This document shows, piece by piece, positions 15,197 to 25,979 of a DNA stretch of 64,000 bases. The notes beneath the pieces are model-generated. The model saw only the letters and a program-made list of their open reading frames with translations, made no database searches and was not told the DNA's origin. The DNA is taken from NCBI RefSeq assembly GCF_003018115.1, contig NZ_CP027457.1; one strand, 5' to 3'. How positions within the stretch are numbered: position 1 is the first letter of the stretch; every line of letters begins with the position of its first letter. The position numbers were made by a program, and so were the translations under genes. The stretch is from Escherichia coli. GTDB lineage: Bacteria > Pseudomonadota > Gammaproteobacteria > Enterobacterales > Enterobacteriaceae.

Positions 15197-16255
15197 ATGT
15201 TTTCAATGATATTAAGCGGGCTAATTTGTGGTGCTCTGCTGGGATTTGTCATGCAGCGTGGGCGTTTTTGCCTGACTGGTGGTTTTCGCGATATGTATAT
15301 CGCGAAAAATAATCGCATGTTTTACGCCTTGCTGATTGCAATTTCGATACAAAGCGTGGGGGTTTTTGCGTTAATTCAGGCAGGCCTACTGACTTACGAA
15401 GCCGGGGCGTTCCCGTGGCTTGGTACTGTTATAGGTGGGTATATCTTCGGGCTGGGAATTGTTCTGGCGGGTGGATGTGCCACCGGGACCTGGTATCGCG
15501 CGGGTGAGGGATTGATCGGCAGTTGGATCGCGCTTTTCACTTATATGGTGATGAGTGCGGTGATGCGTTCTCCACACGCCAGTGGTTTAAATCAAACCTT
15601 GCAGCACTACAGTACTGAACATAACTCTATTGCTGAGACTTTTAATTTGTCTGTGTGGCCGTTGGTTGCCGTATTGCTGGTGATAACGCTCTGGGTGGTG
15701 ATGAAAGAGTTGAAGAAGCCAAAACTCAAAGTCGCGACCTTACCGCCGCGCCGAACTGGGATCGCTCATATTCTGTTTGAAAAACGCTGGCATCCCTTTG
15801 TCACTGCTGTACTCATCGGTTTGATTGCGCTTTTAGCCTGGCCCCTGAGTGAAGCAACCGGACGTATGTTTGGGTTAGGCATCACTTCCCCAACGGCCAA
15901 TATTCTGCAATTTCTGGTCGCGGGTGACGTGAAATACATTAACTGGGGCGTTTTCCTGGTGTTAGGGATCTTCGTGGGGTCATTTATTGCAGCCAAAGCG
16001 AGCCGTGAGTTCCGCGTTCGCGCAGCTGATGCACAAACAACAGTACGTAGCGGGTTAGGTGGTGTACTGATGGGCTTCGGTGCCAGTATTGCAGGTGGTT
16101 GCTCTATCGGTAATGGACTGGTTATGACTGCAATGATGACCTGGCAGGGCTGGATTGGCCTTGTATTTATGATTCTCGGAGTCTGGACTGCGTCCTGGCT
16201 TGTGTATGTTCGACCGCAGCGTAAGGCGCGACTGGCAACTGCTGCGGCAAATTAA
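15197..16255 (+). CDS. yeeE: Thiosulfate transporter (YeeE/YedE family inner-membrane protein)
   Basis: 352-aa polytopic membrane ORF with conserved Cys motifs (GRFCLTGG..., GGCSIGNG...). Confidence 0.88.
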   Translation: MFSMILSGLICGALLGFVMQRGRFCLTGGFRDMYIAKNNRMFYALLIAISIQSVGVFALIQAGLLTYEAGAFPWLGTVIGGYIFGLGIVLAGGCATGTWYRAGEGLIGSWIALFTYMVMSAVMRSPHASGLNQTLQHYSTEHNSIAETFNLSVWPLVAVLLVITLWVVMKELKKPKLKVATLPPRRTGIAHILFEKRWHPFVTAVLIGLIALLAWPLSEATGRMFGLGITSPTANILQFLVAGDVKYINWGVFLVLGIFVGSFIAAKASREFRVRAADAQTTVRSGLGGVLMGFGASIAGGCSIGNGLVMTAMMTWQGWIGLVFMILGVWTASWLVYVRPQRKARLATAAAN

Positions 16256-16268
16256 GTAAGGTGTAAAG

Positions 16269-16496
16269 ATGGCGATTAAAAAGCTGGATGTGGTGACGCA
16301 GGTCTGTCCGTTTCCACTCATAGAAGCAAAAGCAGCACTGGCAGAAATGGCCAGCGGCGATGAGTTGGTAATTGAGTTTGATTGCACCCAGGCAACAGAA
16401 GCAATCCCACAATGGGCGGCAGAAGAAGGACATGCCATCACCGATTATCAGCAGATTGGCGATGCTGCGTGGAGCATCACCGTTCAAAAAGCCTGA
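16269..16496 (+). CDS. yeeD: TusA-like sulfurtransferase
   Basis: 75-aa ORF with the TusA CPxP motif (VCPFPLIEAK), directly downstream of yeeE. Confidence 0.9.
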   Translation: MAIKKLDVVTQVCPFPLIEAKAALAEMASGDELVIEFDCTQATEAIPQWAAEEGHAITDYQQIGDAAWSITVQKA

Positions 16497-16504
16497 CCCA
16501 ACAT

Positions 16505-16538
16505 TGTCCTCCGCCGTATCAGCGGCGGAGGCTTCAAA
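16505..16538. terminator. Stem-loop between convergent yeeD and sbcB
   Basis: Inverted repeat cctccgccg/cggcggagg; flanking T-runs are weak. Confidence 0.45.
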
Positions 16539-17966
16539 CTAGACGATCTCTTCCGCGTACTGCCAAAGCGCTTTTAACAGCGCCACTTTTTCTTTATCGT
16601 CGGCATACTGCTGCGCCAGCATCTGAATCTCTTCTGCATAGCCTTGTAAAAACTCGGGTGTGAATACCTGGCGGCGGTGCTCCAGCCAACGTTGCTGCTC
16701 GGCATAATCCAGCGTCCCTGGGAAGTTGCGTGCCCGATAATTGAACAACAGCTTTTCAATCCGTTTATCAACAAAAGTGATATCCAGTGCCGGTAAATTA
16801 CGCGGCTCGGTTTCCAGCACAATTTTCATTGCTGCACGATCGGCGTCACTGAAAAAGCCGTTATAAAGCTGTGTATCCACGTTATCTGAAGGCGTAAACG
16901 GTTCGGCTTCCGCGAATATCGCCACCACTTTTTCGCGCACTTGCGGATTTTCACGCAGAATTTTCAGGTTATCGAGGCAATGCTGACGATTAATTCCCAG
17001 TCGGTCGGCATCTTCCGGGCGTAGCGTATTCGCCTGGGCCAGCACCGGACATTTATTGATATGCACCAGCTTAACCGGAACGGCGGCGTTATCGCCAAGA
17101 TCGGTTTTTGCGGTATATAAACGCTCGCGTAATGTGTCGCTATCCAGTTCCAGTAATGGCGAAATGTCTCCTGCCAAATCCACCATAATTACGGCATTGC
17201 GATTTTCAGGATGCCACGCCAGCGGTGCCACCCAGCTGGTATTGCCGCGCCATGCCCCAAACATTCCGGAAACGTGCACCAGGGGTTTCATCTGCGGAAC
17301 ATCAATCAACGCCATCAGTTTGTGTTTATTACGATGGGTAAAGAGATATTCAAACAGACGTGGCTGACGCGTTTTTACCAGTTTCGCCATCGCAATAGTG
17401 GCGTACACATCAGCCATCGCATCGTGGGCGTTGCTATGTTCAATACCATTCGCTTTGGTTAAATGCTCAAGGCGAAAGCTCGGTAGACCGTCATCATTTT
17501 CAGGCCAGTTTATTCCTTCCGGGCGCAGGGCATAACAGGCACGCATAACATCCAGTAAATCCCAGCGCGAGTTATCATGCTGCCAGCTCCAGGCGTAAGG
17601 ATCGTAGAAATTACGATAAAAAATGTTGCGTGTGACTTCGTCGTCGAAACGCACATTGTTGTAGCCCAGAATACAGGTCTTCGGTACGGTAAAAAGCGAG
17701 TGAATACGGGCGGCAAACGCGGCTTCGTTTTCTCCTTTCGCCCGTGCTTCCTGCGGGGTAATACCGGTAATTAATACGGCTCCAGGCTGGGGTAAATAGT
17801 CATCCGCAGGCTTGCAGTAAAAGACTTCGGGTTCGCCGATGACATTGAATTCGCTATCGGTGCGAATGGCTGCGAACTGTGCAGGGCGATCTAACGCGGG
17901 GTGCGTGCCAAAGGTTTCGTAATCGTGAAACAAAAAGGTAGATTGTTGCTTACCGTCATTCATCAT
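16539..17966 (-). CDS. sbcB: Exodeoxyribonuclease I
   Basis: ORF 16539..18038; start at MMNDGKQQSTFLFHDYETFGTHPALDRPAQFAA... (475 aa). Confidence 0.93.
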   Translation of the reverse strand: MMNDGKQQSTFLFHDYETFGTHPALDRPAQFAAIRTDSEFNVIGEPEVFYCKPADDYLPQPGAVLITGITPQEARAKGENEAAFAARIHSLFTVPKTCILGYNNVRFDDEVTRNIFYRNFYDPYAWSWQHDNSRWDLLDVMRACYALRPEGINWPENDDGLPSFRLEHLTKANGIEHSNAHDAMADVYATIAMAKLVKTRQPRLFEYLFTHRNKHKLMALIDVPQMKPLVHVSGMFGAWRGNTSWVAPLAWHPENRNAVIMVDLAGDISPLLELDSDTLRERLYTAKTDLGDNAAVPVKLVHINKCPVLAQANTLRPEDADRLGINRQHCLDNLKILRENPQVREKVVAIFAEAEPFTPSDNVDTQLYNGFFSDADRAAMKIVLETEPRNLPALDITFVDKRIEKLLFNYRARNFPGTLDYAEQQRWLEHRRQVFTPEFLQGYAEEIQMLAQQYADDKEKVALLKALWQYAEEIV

Positions 17967-18168
17967 TAGGTTAAATCCGTTATTTCTACTGTCTGCCAGA
18001 GTATCAAATATCACCGTGCTAATCAGCTTTAGCGCCACAATTTGGCAGCGAGTGGCAACAGATCATGTCAGATAAAAATGAGAGGGTAGTCACATTTTCT
18101 TGCACTTTATTCCAGCCAGTTCATAAGTATTTCCGTAAAAAGAACAGCTATTTGAAACTCCTGAGGGT

Positions 18169-19341
18169 TTGCTGTTGAAACGCCGTCTTATTATTGCTGC
18201 TTCTTTGTTCGTTTTTAACTTATCGTCTGGTTTTGCGGCGGAAAACATTCCTTTTTCACCTCAGCCTCCTGAGATTCATGCCGGATCCTGGGTATTGATG
18301 GATTACACCACCGGTCAGATCCTCACCGCGGGTAATGAGCATCAACAGCGCAATCCCGCCAGCCTGACAAAGCTGATGACGGGTTATGTCGTGGATCGCG
18401 CTATCGATAGTCATCGCATTACGCCAGACGATATTGTCACCGTGGGGCGTGATGCGTGGGCGAAAGATAATCCGGTGTTTGTCGGTTCTTCACTGATGTT
18501 TTTGAAAGAGGGCGATCGCGTATCGGTACGTGATTTAAGCCGTGGTTTAATTGTGGATTCCGGAAATGACGCTTGTGTTGCACTGGCTGACTATATTGCC
18601 GGTGGGCAACGGCAGTTTGTTGAAATGATGAACAACTATGCCGAGAAGCTGCATCTCAAGGATACGCATTTTGAAACAGTGCATGGCCTGGATGCGCCAG
18701 GTCAGCATAGCTCGGCTTATGATTTAGCTGTGCTTTCTCGCGCTATCATCCACGGCGAGCCCGAGTTTTATCATATGTACAGTGAGAAAAGCCTCACCTG
18801 GAACGGTATCACCCAGCAAAACCGTAACGGGTTATTGTGGGATAAAACCATGAATATTGACGGCCTGAAAACGGGTCATACTTCTGGTGCCGGGTTTAAT
18901 CTCATTGCTTCGGCTGTAGATGGGCAGCGTCGTCTCATTGCAGTGGTAATGGGTGCTGACAGCGCAAAAGGTCGTGAGGAAGAGGCAAGAAAATTACTGC
19001 GTTGGGGGCAACAAAACTTTACTACGGTGCAAATTTTGCACCGTGGGAAAAAGGTCGGTACGGAACGCATCTGGTATGGCGATAAAGAAAATATCGCCCT
19101 GGGAACAGAACAAGAGTTCTGGATGGTACTACCGAAAGCCGAAATTCCACATATCAAAGCCAAATATACCCTTGATGGTAAAGAGCTCACCGCGCCAATT
19201 AGCGCCCATCAGCGGGTAGGGGAAATTGAACTTTACGACCGTGATAAACAGGTGGCGCACTGGCCGCTGGTTACCCTGGAATCTGTCGGGGAAGGCAGCA
19301 TGTTTTCTCGCCTGAGTGATTATTTCCACCATAAGGCCTGA
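18169..19341 (+). CDS. dacD: D-alanyl-D-alanine carboxypeptidase (PBP6b)
   Basis: About 390-aa ORF with signal peptide and the SxxK motif (PASLTKLMT). Confidence 0.92.
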   Translation: MLLKRRLIIAASLFVFNLSSGFAAENIPFSPQPPEIHAGSWVLMDYTTGQILTAGNEHQQRNPASLTKLMTGYVVDRAIDSHRITPDDIVTVGRDAWAKDNPVFVGSSLMFLKEGDRVSVRDLSRGLIVDSGNDACVALADYIAGGQRQFVEMMNNYAEKLHLKDTHFETVHGLDAPGQHSSAYDLAVLSRAIIHGEPEFYHMYSEKSLTWNGITQQNRNGLLWDKTMNIDGLKTGHTSGAGFNLIASAVDGQRRLIAVVMGADSAKGREEEARKLLRWGQQNFTTVQILHRGKKVGTERIWYGDKENIALGTEQEFWMVLPKAEIPHIKAKYTLDGKELTAPISAHQRVGEIELYDRDKQVAHWPLVTLESVGEGSMFSRLSDYFHHKA

Positions 19342-19427
19342 CCTTTCTTTTGCAGCAGACTGGCAGGAGTGCGAGTCTGCTCGCATAATCAACACTCATT
19401 CCTTGTGGTTTTAATTTTGCAACTATA

Positions 19428-19443
19428 CTGTATATAAAAACAG
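19428..19443 (+). promoter_or_regulatory. LexA (SOS) box upstream of sbmC
   Basis: CTGTATATAAAAACAG matches the CTGT-N8-ACAG SOS box, 17 bp upstream of the sbmC ATG. Confidence 0.8.
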
Positions 19444-19459
19444 TATTAATGGAGGCGTC

Positions 19460-19933
19460 ATGAACTACGAGATTAAGCAGGAAGATAAACGTACCGTTGC
19501 AGGTTTCCATCTCGTTGGCCCGTGGGAACAGACGGTAAAGAAAGGCTTTGAGCAGTTGATGATGTGGGTAGATAGCAAAAATATTGTGCCGAAGGAGTGG
19601 GTTGCTGTCTATTACGACAATCCAGATGAAACACCCGCCGAAAAATTACGCTGCGACACCGTCGTGACGGTGCCGGGTTACTTTACGCTTCCCGAAAACA
19701 GTGAGGGCGTCATTCTGACAGAAATTTCAGGTGGTCAGTATGCGGTGGCGGTAGCTCGTGTAGTCGGTGATGATTTTGCTAAACCCTGGTATCAGTTCTT
19801 TAATAGCCTCTTGCAGGACAGTGCTTATGAAATGTTACCAAAGCCCTGCTTCGAGGTTTATTTGAACAATGGCGCGGAAGATGGGTACTGGGATATCGAA
19901 ATGTATGTTGCGGTGCAGCCAAAACATCACTAA
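19460..19933 (+). CDS. sbmC: DNA gyrase inhibitor (GyrI)
   Basis: 157-aa [28 protein letters not shown]... Confidence 0.92.
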   Translation: MNYEIKQEDKRTVAGFHLVGPWEQTVKKGFEQLMMWVDSKNIVPKEWVAVYYDNPDETPAEKLRCDTVVTVPGYFTLPENSEGVILTEISGGQYAVAVARVVGDDFAKPWYQFFNSLLQDSAYEMLPKPCFEVYLNNGAEDGYWDIEMYVAVQPKHH

Positions 19934-20131
19934 TTCATCTCAGGGCGGTGTGTTAACGCGATGACCACTCTTTTTTTTGAAAGCGAAAAGAGTAAGATGC
20001 GCCTTTCAATTTTTTCGCTCCTGCCGGGAAATTACACTGTTCCCGGTTTGTCCGTCGGATATTTCAGAGGCGCCCCTTCTGGCCGACAGATGAGTTATGA
20101 GCGCTTTTAATCTTCATTACGGAGTTTCTGC

Positions 20132-21190
20132 GTGCGTGCCGATAAGTCATTAAGCCCGTTTGAAATCCGGGTATACCGCCATTACCGCATTGTGCATGGT
20201 ACTCGGGTCGCGCTGGCATTCCTGCTCACTTTTCTCATTATCCGCCTGTTTACTATCCCGGAAAGTACCTGGCCGCTGGTCACCATGGTGGTGATTATGG
20301 GGCCAATCTCGTTCTGGGGTAACGTTGTCCCTCGCGCCTTCGAACGTATTGGCGGTACGGTGTTGGGTTCGATTTTAGGTCTTATCGCTCTGCAACTGGA
20401 GTTAATCTCGTTACCGCTGATGTTAGTCTGGTGCGCGGCGGCTATGTTTCTTTGCGGTTGGCTGGCGCTGGGCAAGAAACCGTATCAAGGTTTATTGATT
20501 GGGGTGACGCTGGCAATTGTTGTGGGTTCCCCGACAGGTGAAATTGATACGGCGTTATGGCGAAGCGGCGATGTGATCCTCGGCTCTTTACTGGCAATGT
20601 TGTTTACCGGTATCTGGCCACAACGGGCGTTCATCCACTGGCGTATTCAACTGGCGAAAAGTCTGACCGAGTATAATCGGGTCTATCAATCTGCATTCTC
20701 ACCGAACTTACTCGAACGCCCACGTCTGGAAAGCCATCTACAAAAACTCTTGACCGATGCCGTGAAAATGCGTGGGCTGATTGCGCCCGCCAGCAAAGAA
20801 ACTCGTATTCCAAAATCGATATATGAAGGTATCCAGACCATTAACCGCAATCTGGTTTGTATGCTGGAGTTGCAAATCAATGCATACTGGGCCACGCGCC
20901 CCAGCCATTTCGTGTTATTGAACGCGCAAAAACTTCGTGATACCCAGCACATGATGCAGCAAATACTGCTGAGCCTTGTTCATGCGCTGTACGAAGGTAA
21001 TCCGCAGCCGGTTTTTGCCAATACGGAAAAATTGAACGATGCTGTGGAAGAGCTGCGTCAGTTGCTCAATAACCACCATGACCTGAAGGTTGTGGAAACA
21101 CCAATCTATGGTTATGTGTGGCTGAACATGGAAACGGCGCATCAGCTTGAGTTGCTATCGAATCTGATTTGCCGGGCCTTGCGCAAATAA
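20132..21190 (+). CDS. yeeA: Inner-membrane protein, FUSC/ArAE-like putative efflux family
   Basis: 352-aa ORF with N-terminal TM segments and a C-terminal soluble domain. Confidence 0.85.
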   Translation: MRADKSLSPFEIRVYRHYRIVHGTRVALAFLLTFLIIRLFTIPESTWPLVTMVVIMGPISFWGNVVPRAFERIGGTVLGSILGLIALQLELISLPLMLVWCAAAMFLCGWLALGKKPYQGLLIGVTLAIVVGSPTGEIDTALWRSGDVILGSLLAMLFTGIWPQRAFIHWRIQLAKSLTEYNRVYQSAFSPNLLERPRLESHLQKLLTDAVKMRGLIAPASKETRIPKSIYEGIQTINRNLVCMLELQINAYWATRPSHFVLLNAQKLRDTQHMMQQILLSLVHALYEGNPQPVFANTEKLNDAVEELRQLLNNHHDLKVVETPIYGYVWLNMETAHQLELLSNLICRALRK

Positions 21191-21361
21191 TTCCTGAACT
21201 TCAGAATCATCTTGCTGCTGCTTCGATTCAGCAAGGATAAAGGGTATGATAGTGAAAAGGGATAAAAGCATTGTCATCTGCGGCAGCTATGAGTAATGTT
21301 GGCCCTAACGAATAGCGGTTGCTTAAACGAATCCGACTCTCACATTATCAGGGGTATAAAA

Positions 21362-21691
21362 ATGGAAACTACCAAGCCTTCATTCCAGGACGTACTGGAA
21401 TTTGTTCGTCTGTTCCGTCGTAAGAACAAACTGCAACGTGAAATTCAGGACGTTGAGAAAAAGATCCGTGACAACCAGAAGCGCGTCCTGTTGCTGGACA
21501 ACCTGAGTGATTACATCAAGCCGGGGATGAGCGTTGAAGCAATCCAGGGCATCATCGCTAGCATGAAAGGTGACTATGAAGATCGCGTTGACGATTACAT
21601 CATCAAAAATGCCGAGCTCTCCAAAGAACGCCGCGATATCTCCAAAAAGCTGAAAGCTATGGGCGAAATGAAAAACGGCGAAGCGAAGTAA
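21362..21691 (+). CDS. yeeX: UPF0265/DUF496 family protein
   Basis: ORF 21296..21691; start at [18 protein letters not shown]... (109 aa). Confidence 0.88.
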   Translation: METTKPSFQDVLEFVRLFRRKNKLQREIQDVEKKIRDNQKRVLLLDNLSDYIKPGMSVEAIQGIIASMKGDYEDRVDDYIIKNAELSKERRDISKKLKAMGEMKNGEAK

Positions 21692-21702
21692 TTCCTGTTT
21701 TA

Positions 21703-21732
21703 TTCAATGAGGGTTGCCCGGCAACCCTCATT
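21703..21732 (+). terminator. Stem-loop downstream of yeeX
   Basis: Inverted repeat gagggttgcccggcaaccctc; T-run is imperfect. Confidence 0.5.
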
Positions 21733-21791
21733 GCTCATTGATTCTTTTCTGTGTATCACAGTCATCATTCCCATCTGATAACCTATCGAAA

Positions 21792-21968
21792 TTAGCGACA
21801 GACATCTTCTGTATGAAGCAAGGCAAAAAGTTCTGCAACTCTATTGTTATTAACCGCACTGGTTACTAACACGTTGTGCGATCCAGCTTCCCGTAACCAA
21901 ACTTTCACCAAAGATATTTCTTCCATGCTGGCTAAATCTGCTTTGGTGACTACTCCAATGATCGGACG
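21792..21968 (-). pseudogene. Remnant of a EutP/PduV-family small GTPase gene (C-terminal about 58 codons only)
   Basis: Minus-strand frame RPIIGVVTKADLASMEEISLVKVWLREAGSHNVLVTSAVNNNRVAELFALLHTEDVCR*; resembles the C-terminus of EutP (RQIAVISKTDM...). No N-terminal P-loop region is present. Confidence 0.4.
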
Positions 21969-22149
21969 TTAACACGAGGAAGTCTGGCTATTCCACAATG
22001 CCATCTTCTTTCGTAATGGATTGAGAATGCTGGATTTTTAATTATATTACGCGCAGTATTAATCGTGTAAATGTTTTGCGGTCAGCAACGGTGGGGGATC
22101 CATTGTTCTGTTCAATGAATACCATCATACAATTGAATCAGGAGTCGGT

Positions 22150-22695
22150 ATGATGATTTTGGTGACGGGGGGCGCACGGAGCGGGAAGAGTCGCCACGCA
22201 GAGGCGCTTATTGGAGACTCTTCACAGGTTCTGTATATCGCCACCTCGCAAATCCTTGATGATGAGATGGCTGCACGGATAGAACATCATCGGCAAGGCC
22301 GCCCGGCGCACTGGCGCACGGTGGAGCGCTGGCAACATCTTGATGAATTAATTCATGCAGACATTAACCCGCATGAAGCTGTGTTGCTGGAATGCGTTAC
22401 CACAATGGTGACTAATCTGTTGTTTGATTATGGCGGAGATAAAGACCCTGATGAATGGGATTATCAGGCGATGGAACAGGCGATTAATGCTGAGATTCAG
22501 TCGTTGATTGCTGCCTGCCAACGTTGCCCCGCAAAGGTTGTATTAGTGACTAACGAAGTGGGAATGGGGATTGTGCCGGAGAGTCGTCTGGCACGTCATT
22601 TTCGTGATATTGCCGGGCGGGTAAATCAGCAGCTGGCCGCTGCGGCGAATGAAGTGTGGCTGGTGGTTTCGGGTATTGGAGTAAAAATCAAATGA
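22150..22695 (+). CDS. cobU: Adenosylcobinamide kinase / adenosylcobinamide-phosphate guanylyltransferase
   Basis: 181-aa ORF with P-loop GGARSGKS. Confidence 0.93.
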   Translation: MMILVTGGARSGKSRHAEALIGDSSQVLYIATSQILDDEMAARIEHHRQGRPAHWRTVERWQHLDELIHADINPHEAVLLECVTTMVTNLLFDYGGDKDPDEWDYQAMEQAINAEIQSLIAACQRCPAKVVLVTNEVGMGIVPESRLARHFRDIAGRVNQQLAAAANEVWLVVSGIGVKIK

Positions 22696-23435
22696 GTAAA
22701 TTATTTTGGGCGATGCTCTCTTTTATTACGCGTCTGCCTGTGCCGCGTCGCTGGTCCCAGGGACTGGATTTCGAGCATTATTCTCGCGGTATTATTACTT
22801 TTCCTTTAATTGGATTATTGCTTGGCGCGATTAGCGGGCTGGTTTTCATGGTGCTGCAGGCATGGTGTGGCGTACCACTGGCGGCACTGTTTAGCGTGCT
22901 TGTGCTGGCGCTGATGACCGGGGGATTCCACCTGGACGGCCTCGCCGATACCTGTGATGGCGTATTTTCTGCACGTAGCCGCGATCGCATGTTGGAAATC
23001 ATGCGTGATAGCCGTTTAGGCACCCACGGCGGTCTGGCATTGATTTTTGTTGTACTGGCAAAGATTCTGGTGTTAAGCGAGTTGGCTCTGCGTGGCGAAC
23101 CGATCCTTGCATCGCTGGCGGCAGCATGTGCGGTCAGCCGCGGGACTGCCGCATTATTGATGTATCGTCATCGTTATGCCCGGGAAGAAGGGCTTGGCAA
23201 TGTATTCATTGGCAAAATTGATGGGCGACAAACCTGCGTCACACTCGGCTTGGCCGCTATTTTTGCTGCCGTATTATTGCCGGGTATGCATGGTGTGGCT
23301 GCTATGGTGGTGACGATGGTGGCGATTTTCATCCTCGGTCAGCTTCTCAAACGTACGCTGGGCGGGCAAACCGGCGATACGCTGGGAGCTGCTATAGAGC
23401 TTGGTGAACTGGTCTTCCTGCTGGCACTGCTATAA
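22692..23435 (+). CDS. cobS: Adenosylcobinamide-GDP ribazoletransferase (cobalamin synthase)
   Basis: ORF 22656..23435; start at [18 protein letters not shown]... (247 aa); ATGA overlap with the cobU stop. Confidence 0.92.
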   Translation: MSKLFWAMLSFITRLPVPRRWSQGLDFEHYSRGIITFPLIGLLLGAISGLVFMVLQAWCGVPLAALFSVLVLALMTGGFHLDGLADTCDGVFSARSRDRMLEIMRDSRLGTHGGLALIFVVLAKILVLSELALRGEPILASLAAACAVSRGTAALLMYRHRYAREEGLGNVFIGKIDGRQTCVTLGLAAIFAAVLLPGMHGVAAMVVTMVAIFILGQLLKRTLGGQTGDTLGAAIELGELVFLLALL

Positions 23436-23446
23436 AGAGACGTGAC

Positions 23447-24526
23447 ATGCAAACACTTGCCGATTTACTGAATACGATCCCTGCTATCGATCCTGCCGCT
23501 ATGTCGCGTGCACAACGGCATATTGACGGGTTACTCAAACCTGTTGGTAGCCTTGGAAGGCTGGAGGCGCTTGCCATACAACTGGCAGGAATGCCGGGGT
23601 TGAATGGCATACCGCATGTGGGCAAAAAAGCGGTACTGGTTATGTGTGCCGATCACGGCGTCTGGGAGGAAGGGGTCGCTATTTCCCCAAAAGAAGTGAC
23701 AGCCATTCAGGCTGAAAATATGACCCGCGGAACAACCGGCGTGTGTGTGCTGGCAGCACAAGCGGGCGCTAACGTCCACGTAATTGATGTTGGTATTGAT
23801 AGTGCTGAGCCTATCCCCGGGCTTATCAACATGCGTGTCGCACGAGGTAGCGGCAATATTGCTTCAGCTCCGGCAATGAGTCGCCGTCAGGCTGAAAAGT
23901 TGCTTTTGGACGTCATATGTTATACGCGGGAGCTGGCAAAAAATGGTGTCACGCTGTTTTGTGTAGGTGAACTGGGGATGGCAAACACGACACCGGCAGC
24001 GGCAATAGTCAGCACAATCACTGGCCGGGATCCTGAAGAAGTGGTTGGGATTGGCGCAAACCTGCCAACAGATAAACTGGCTAATAAAATTAATGTTGTG
24101 CGCCGGGCGATTACGTTGAATCAACCAAATCCGCAGGATGGCGTTGATGTTCTGGCAAAAGTGGGTGGATTTGATTTGGTCGGAATGGCTGGCGTGATGT
24201 TAGGCGCTGCTTCCTGCGGTTTACCCGTGTTGCTGGATGGATTTCTTTCTTATGCTGCTGCGCTCGCAGCCTGCCAGATGTCTCCTGCAATCAAACCGTA
24301 TCTCATTCCTTCTCACCTGTCGGCAGAAAAAGGGGCGCGTATAGCGCTGTCGCATTTGGGGCTGGAGCCTTATCTCGATATGGAGATGCGTTTAGGTGAG
24401 GGGAGTGGCGCAGCTCTGGCGATGCCCATCATCGAAGCTGCCTGTGCGATATATAACAACATGGGCGAACTTGCTGCCAGTAATATTGTTCTACCGGGGA
24501 ATACGACTTCTGATTTGAACAGTTAA
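23447..24526 (+). CDS. cobT: Nicotinate-nucleotide--dimethylbenzimidazole phosphoribosyltransferase
   Basis: 359-aa [35 protein letters not shown]... Confidence 0.93.
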   Translation: MQTLADLLNTIPAIDPAAMSRAQRHIDGLLKPVGSLGRLEALAIQLAGMPGLNGIPHVGKKAVLVMCADHGVWEEGVAISPKEVTAIQAENMTRGTTGVCVLAAQAGANVHVIDVGIDSAEPIPGLINMRVARGSGNIASAPAMSRRQAEKLLLDVICYTRELAKNGVTLFCVGELGMANTTPAAAIVSTITGRDPEEVVGIGANLPTDKLANKINVVRRAITLNQPNPQDGVDVLAKVGGFDLVGMAGVMLGAASCGLPVLLDGFLSYAAALAACQMSPAIKPYLIPSHLSAEKGARIALSHLGLEPYLDMEMRLGEGSGAALAMPIIEAACAIYNNMGELAASNIVLPGNTTSDLNS

Positions 24527-24590
24527 AAACGAAAAGTCTGATAAAAGCTATACTTAACGGATAGCTTTCGCGACTTAGGAAAGGGACATG

Positions 24591-25523
24591 ATGCGTCGTG
24601 TAAATATTCTTTGCTCATTTGCTCTGCTTTTTGCCAGCCATACTAGCCTGGCGGTAACTTATCCATTACCTCCAGAGGGTAGCCGTTTAGTGGGGCAGTC
24701 GTTTACTGTAACTGTTCCTGATCACAATACCCAGCCGCTGGAGACTTTTGCCGCACAATACGGGCAAGGGTTAAGTAACATGCTGGAAGCGAACCCGGGC
24801 GCTGATGTTTTCTTGCCGAAGTCTGGCTCGCAACTCACCATTCCGCAGCAACTGATTTTGCCCGCCACTGTTCGTAAAGGGATTGTGGTTAACGTCGCTG
24901 AGATGCGTCTTTATTACTACCCACCAGACAGTAATACTGTGGAAGTCTTTCCTATTGGTATCGGCCAGGCTGGGCGAGAAACCCCGCGTAACTGGGTGAC
25001 TACCGTTGAACGTAAACAAGAAGCTCCAACCTGGACGCCAACGCCGAACACTCGGCGCGAATATGCGAAACGAGGGGAGAGTTTGCCCGCATTTGTTCCT
25101 GCGGGGCCCGATAATCCCATGGGGCTGTACGCGATTTATATTGGCAGGTTGTATGCCATCCACGGTACCAATGCCAATTTTGGTATTGGGCTCCGGGTAA
25201 GTCAGGGCTGTATTCGTCTGCGCAATGACGATATCAAATATCTGTTTGATAATGTTCCTGTTGGGACGCGTGTGCAAATTATCGACCAGCCAGTAAAATA
25301 CACCACTGAACCAGATGGCTCGAACTGGCTGGAAGTTCATGAGCCGCTGTCGCGCAATCGTGCAGAATATGAGTCTGACCGAAAAGTGCCATTGCCGGTA
25401 ACCCCATCTTTGCGGGCGTTTATCAACGGGCAAGAAGTTGATGTGAATCGCGCAAATGCTGCGTTGCAACGTCGATCGGGAATGCCTGTGCAAATTAGTT
25501 CTGGTTCAAGACAGATGTTTTAA
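24591..25523 (+). CDS. ldtA: L,D-transpeptidase (YkuD domain; links Braun lipoprotein to peptidoglycan)
   Basis: ORF 24588..25523; signal peptide, YkuD catalytic region with HGT...SQGCIRL motif; the K-12 erfK homologue. Confidence 0.9.
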   Translation: MRRVNILCSFALLFASHTSLAVTYPLPPEGSRLVGQSFTVTVPDHNTQPLETFAAQYGQGLSNMLEANPGADVFLPKSGSQLTIPQQLILPATVRKGIVVNVAEMRLYYYPPDSNTVEVFPIGIGQAGRETPRNWVTTVERKQEAPTWTPTPNTRREYAKRGESLPAFVPAGPDNPMGLYAIYIGRLYAIHGTNANFGIGLRVSQGCIRLRNDDIKYLFDNVPVGTRVQIIDQPVKYTTEPDGSNWLEVHEPLSRNRAEYESDRKVPLPVTPSLRAFINGQEVDVNRANAALQRRSGMPVQISSGSRQMF

Positions 25524-25548
25524 GAGCGTTGGTAATTAGAAAGCAAAA

Positions 25549-25568
25549 AGCCTGCTAGAAAGCAGGCT
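25549..25568. terminator. Bidirectional terminator between ldtA and tRNA-Asn
   Basis: Hairpin agcctgctagaaagcaggct flanked by A-run and T-run. Confidence 0.7.
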
Positions 25569-25578
25569 TTTTTGAATT

Positions 25579-25654
25579 TGGCTCCTCTGACTGGACTCGA
25601 ACCAGTGACATACGGATTAACAGTCCGCCGTTCTACCGACTGAACTACAGAGGA
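25579..25654 (-). tRNA. asnV: tRNA-Asn (GUU)
   Basis: 76-nt reverse complement of the canonical E. coli tRNA-Asn, ending CCA, anticodon loop cuGUUaa. Confidence 0.95.
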
Positions 25655-25979
25655 ATCGTGTGAACGGGGCGCATATTAATGGCAGTGCATGGTGATGTCA
25701 AAGGGTGAAATGCATTTTTTTGTTTGTTTGCTGTCAATTTCAACAAAGTGATGAGATTTCAATCTTATTGGTAATGAACCATCGTGGTGCATACCCTCCT
25801 TTTATAGGGCAGGGGAACGCGACTGCTGGTGAAAAGAGCCAATGACGAATCTATCATAATCTCTTATTTGACAGTTGGTTAGCTTGTACATCAACGCCAA
25901 AATAAAACTGGCAAGCATCTTGCAGTCTGGTTGTAAGTAATGGCGGCACTTGGGCCGATTCTCAAAAACCGGAGGCAAC

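Noticed and set aside
9630-18038. N-terminally extended ORF versions of hisG, hisD, sbcB (and similarly amn, mtfA, yeeJ, yedS, hprR, nac, cobS, yeeX elsewhere)
   Set aside because: The longest-ORF starts are non-ATG or lack an RBS; internal ATG starts reproduce the expected protein N-termini and lengths.
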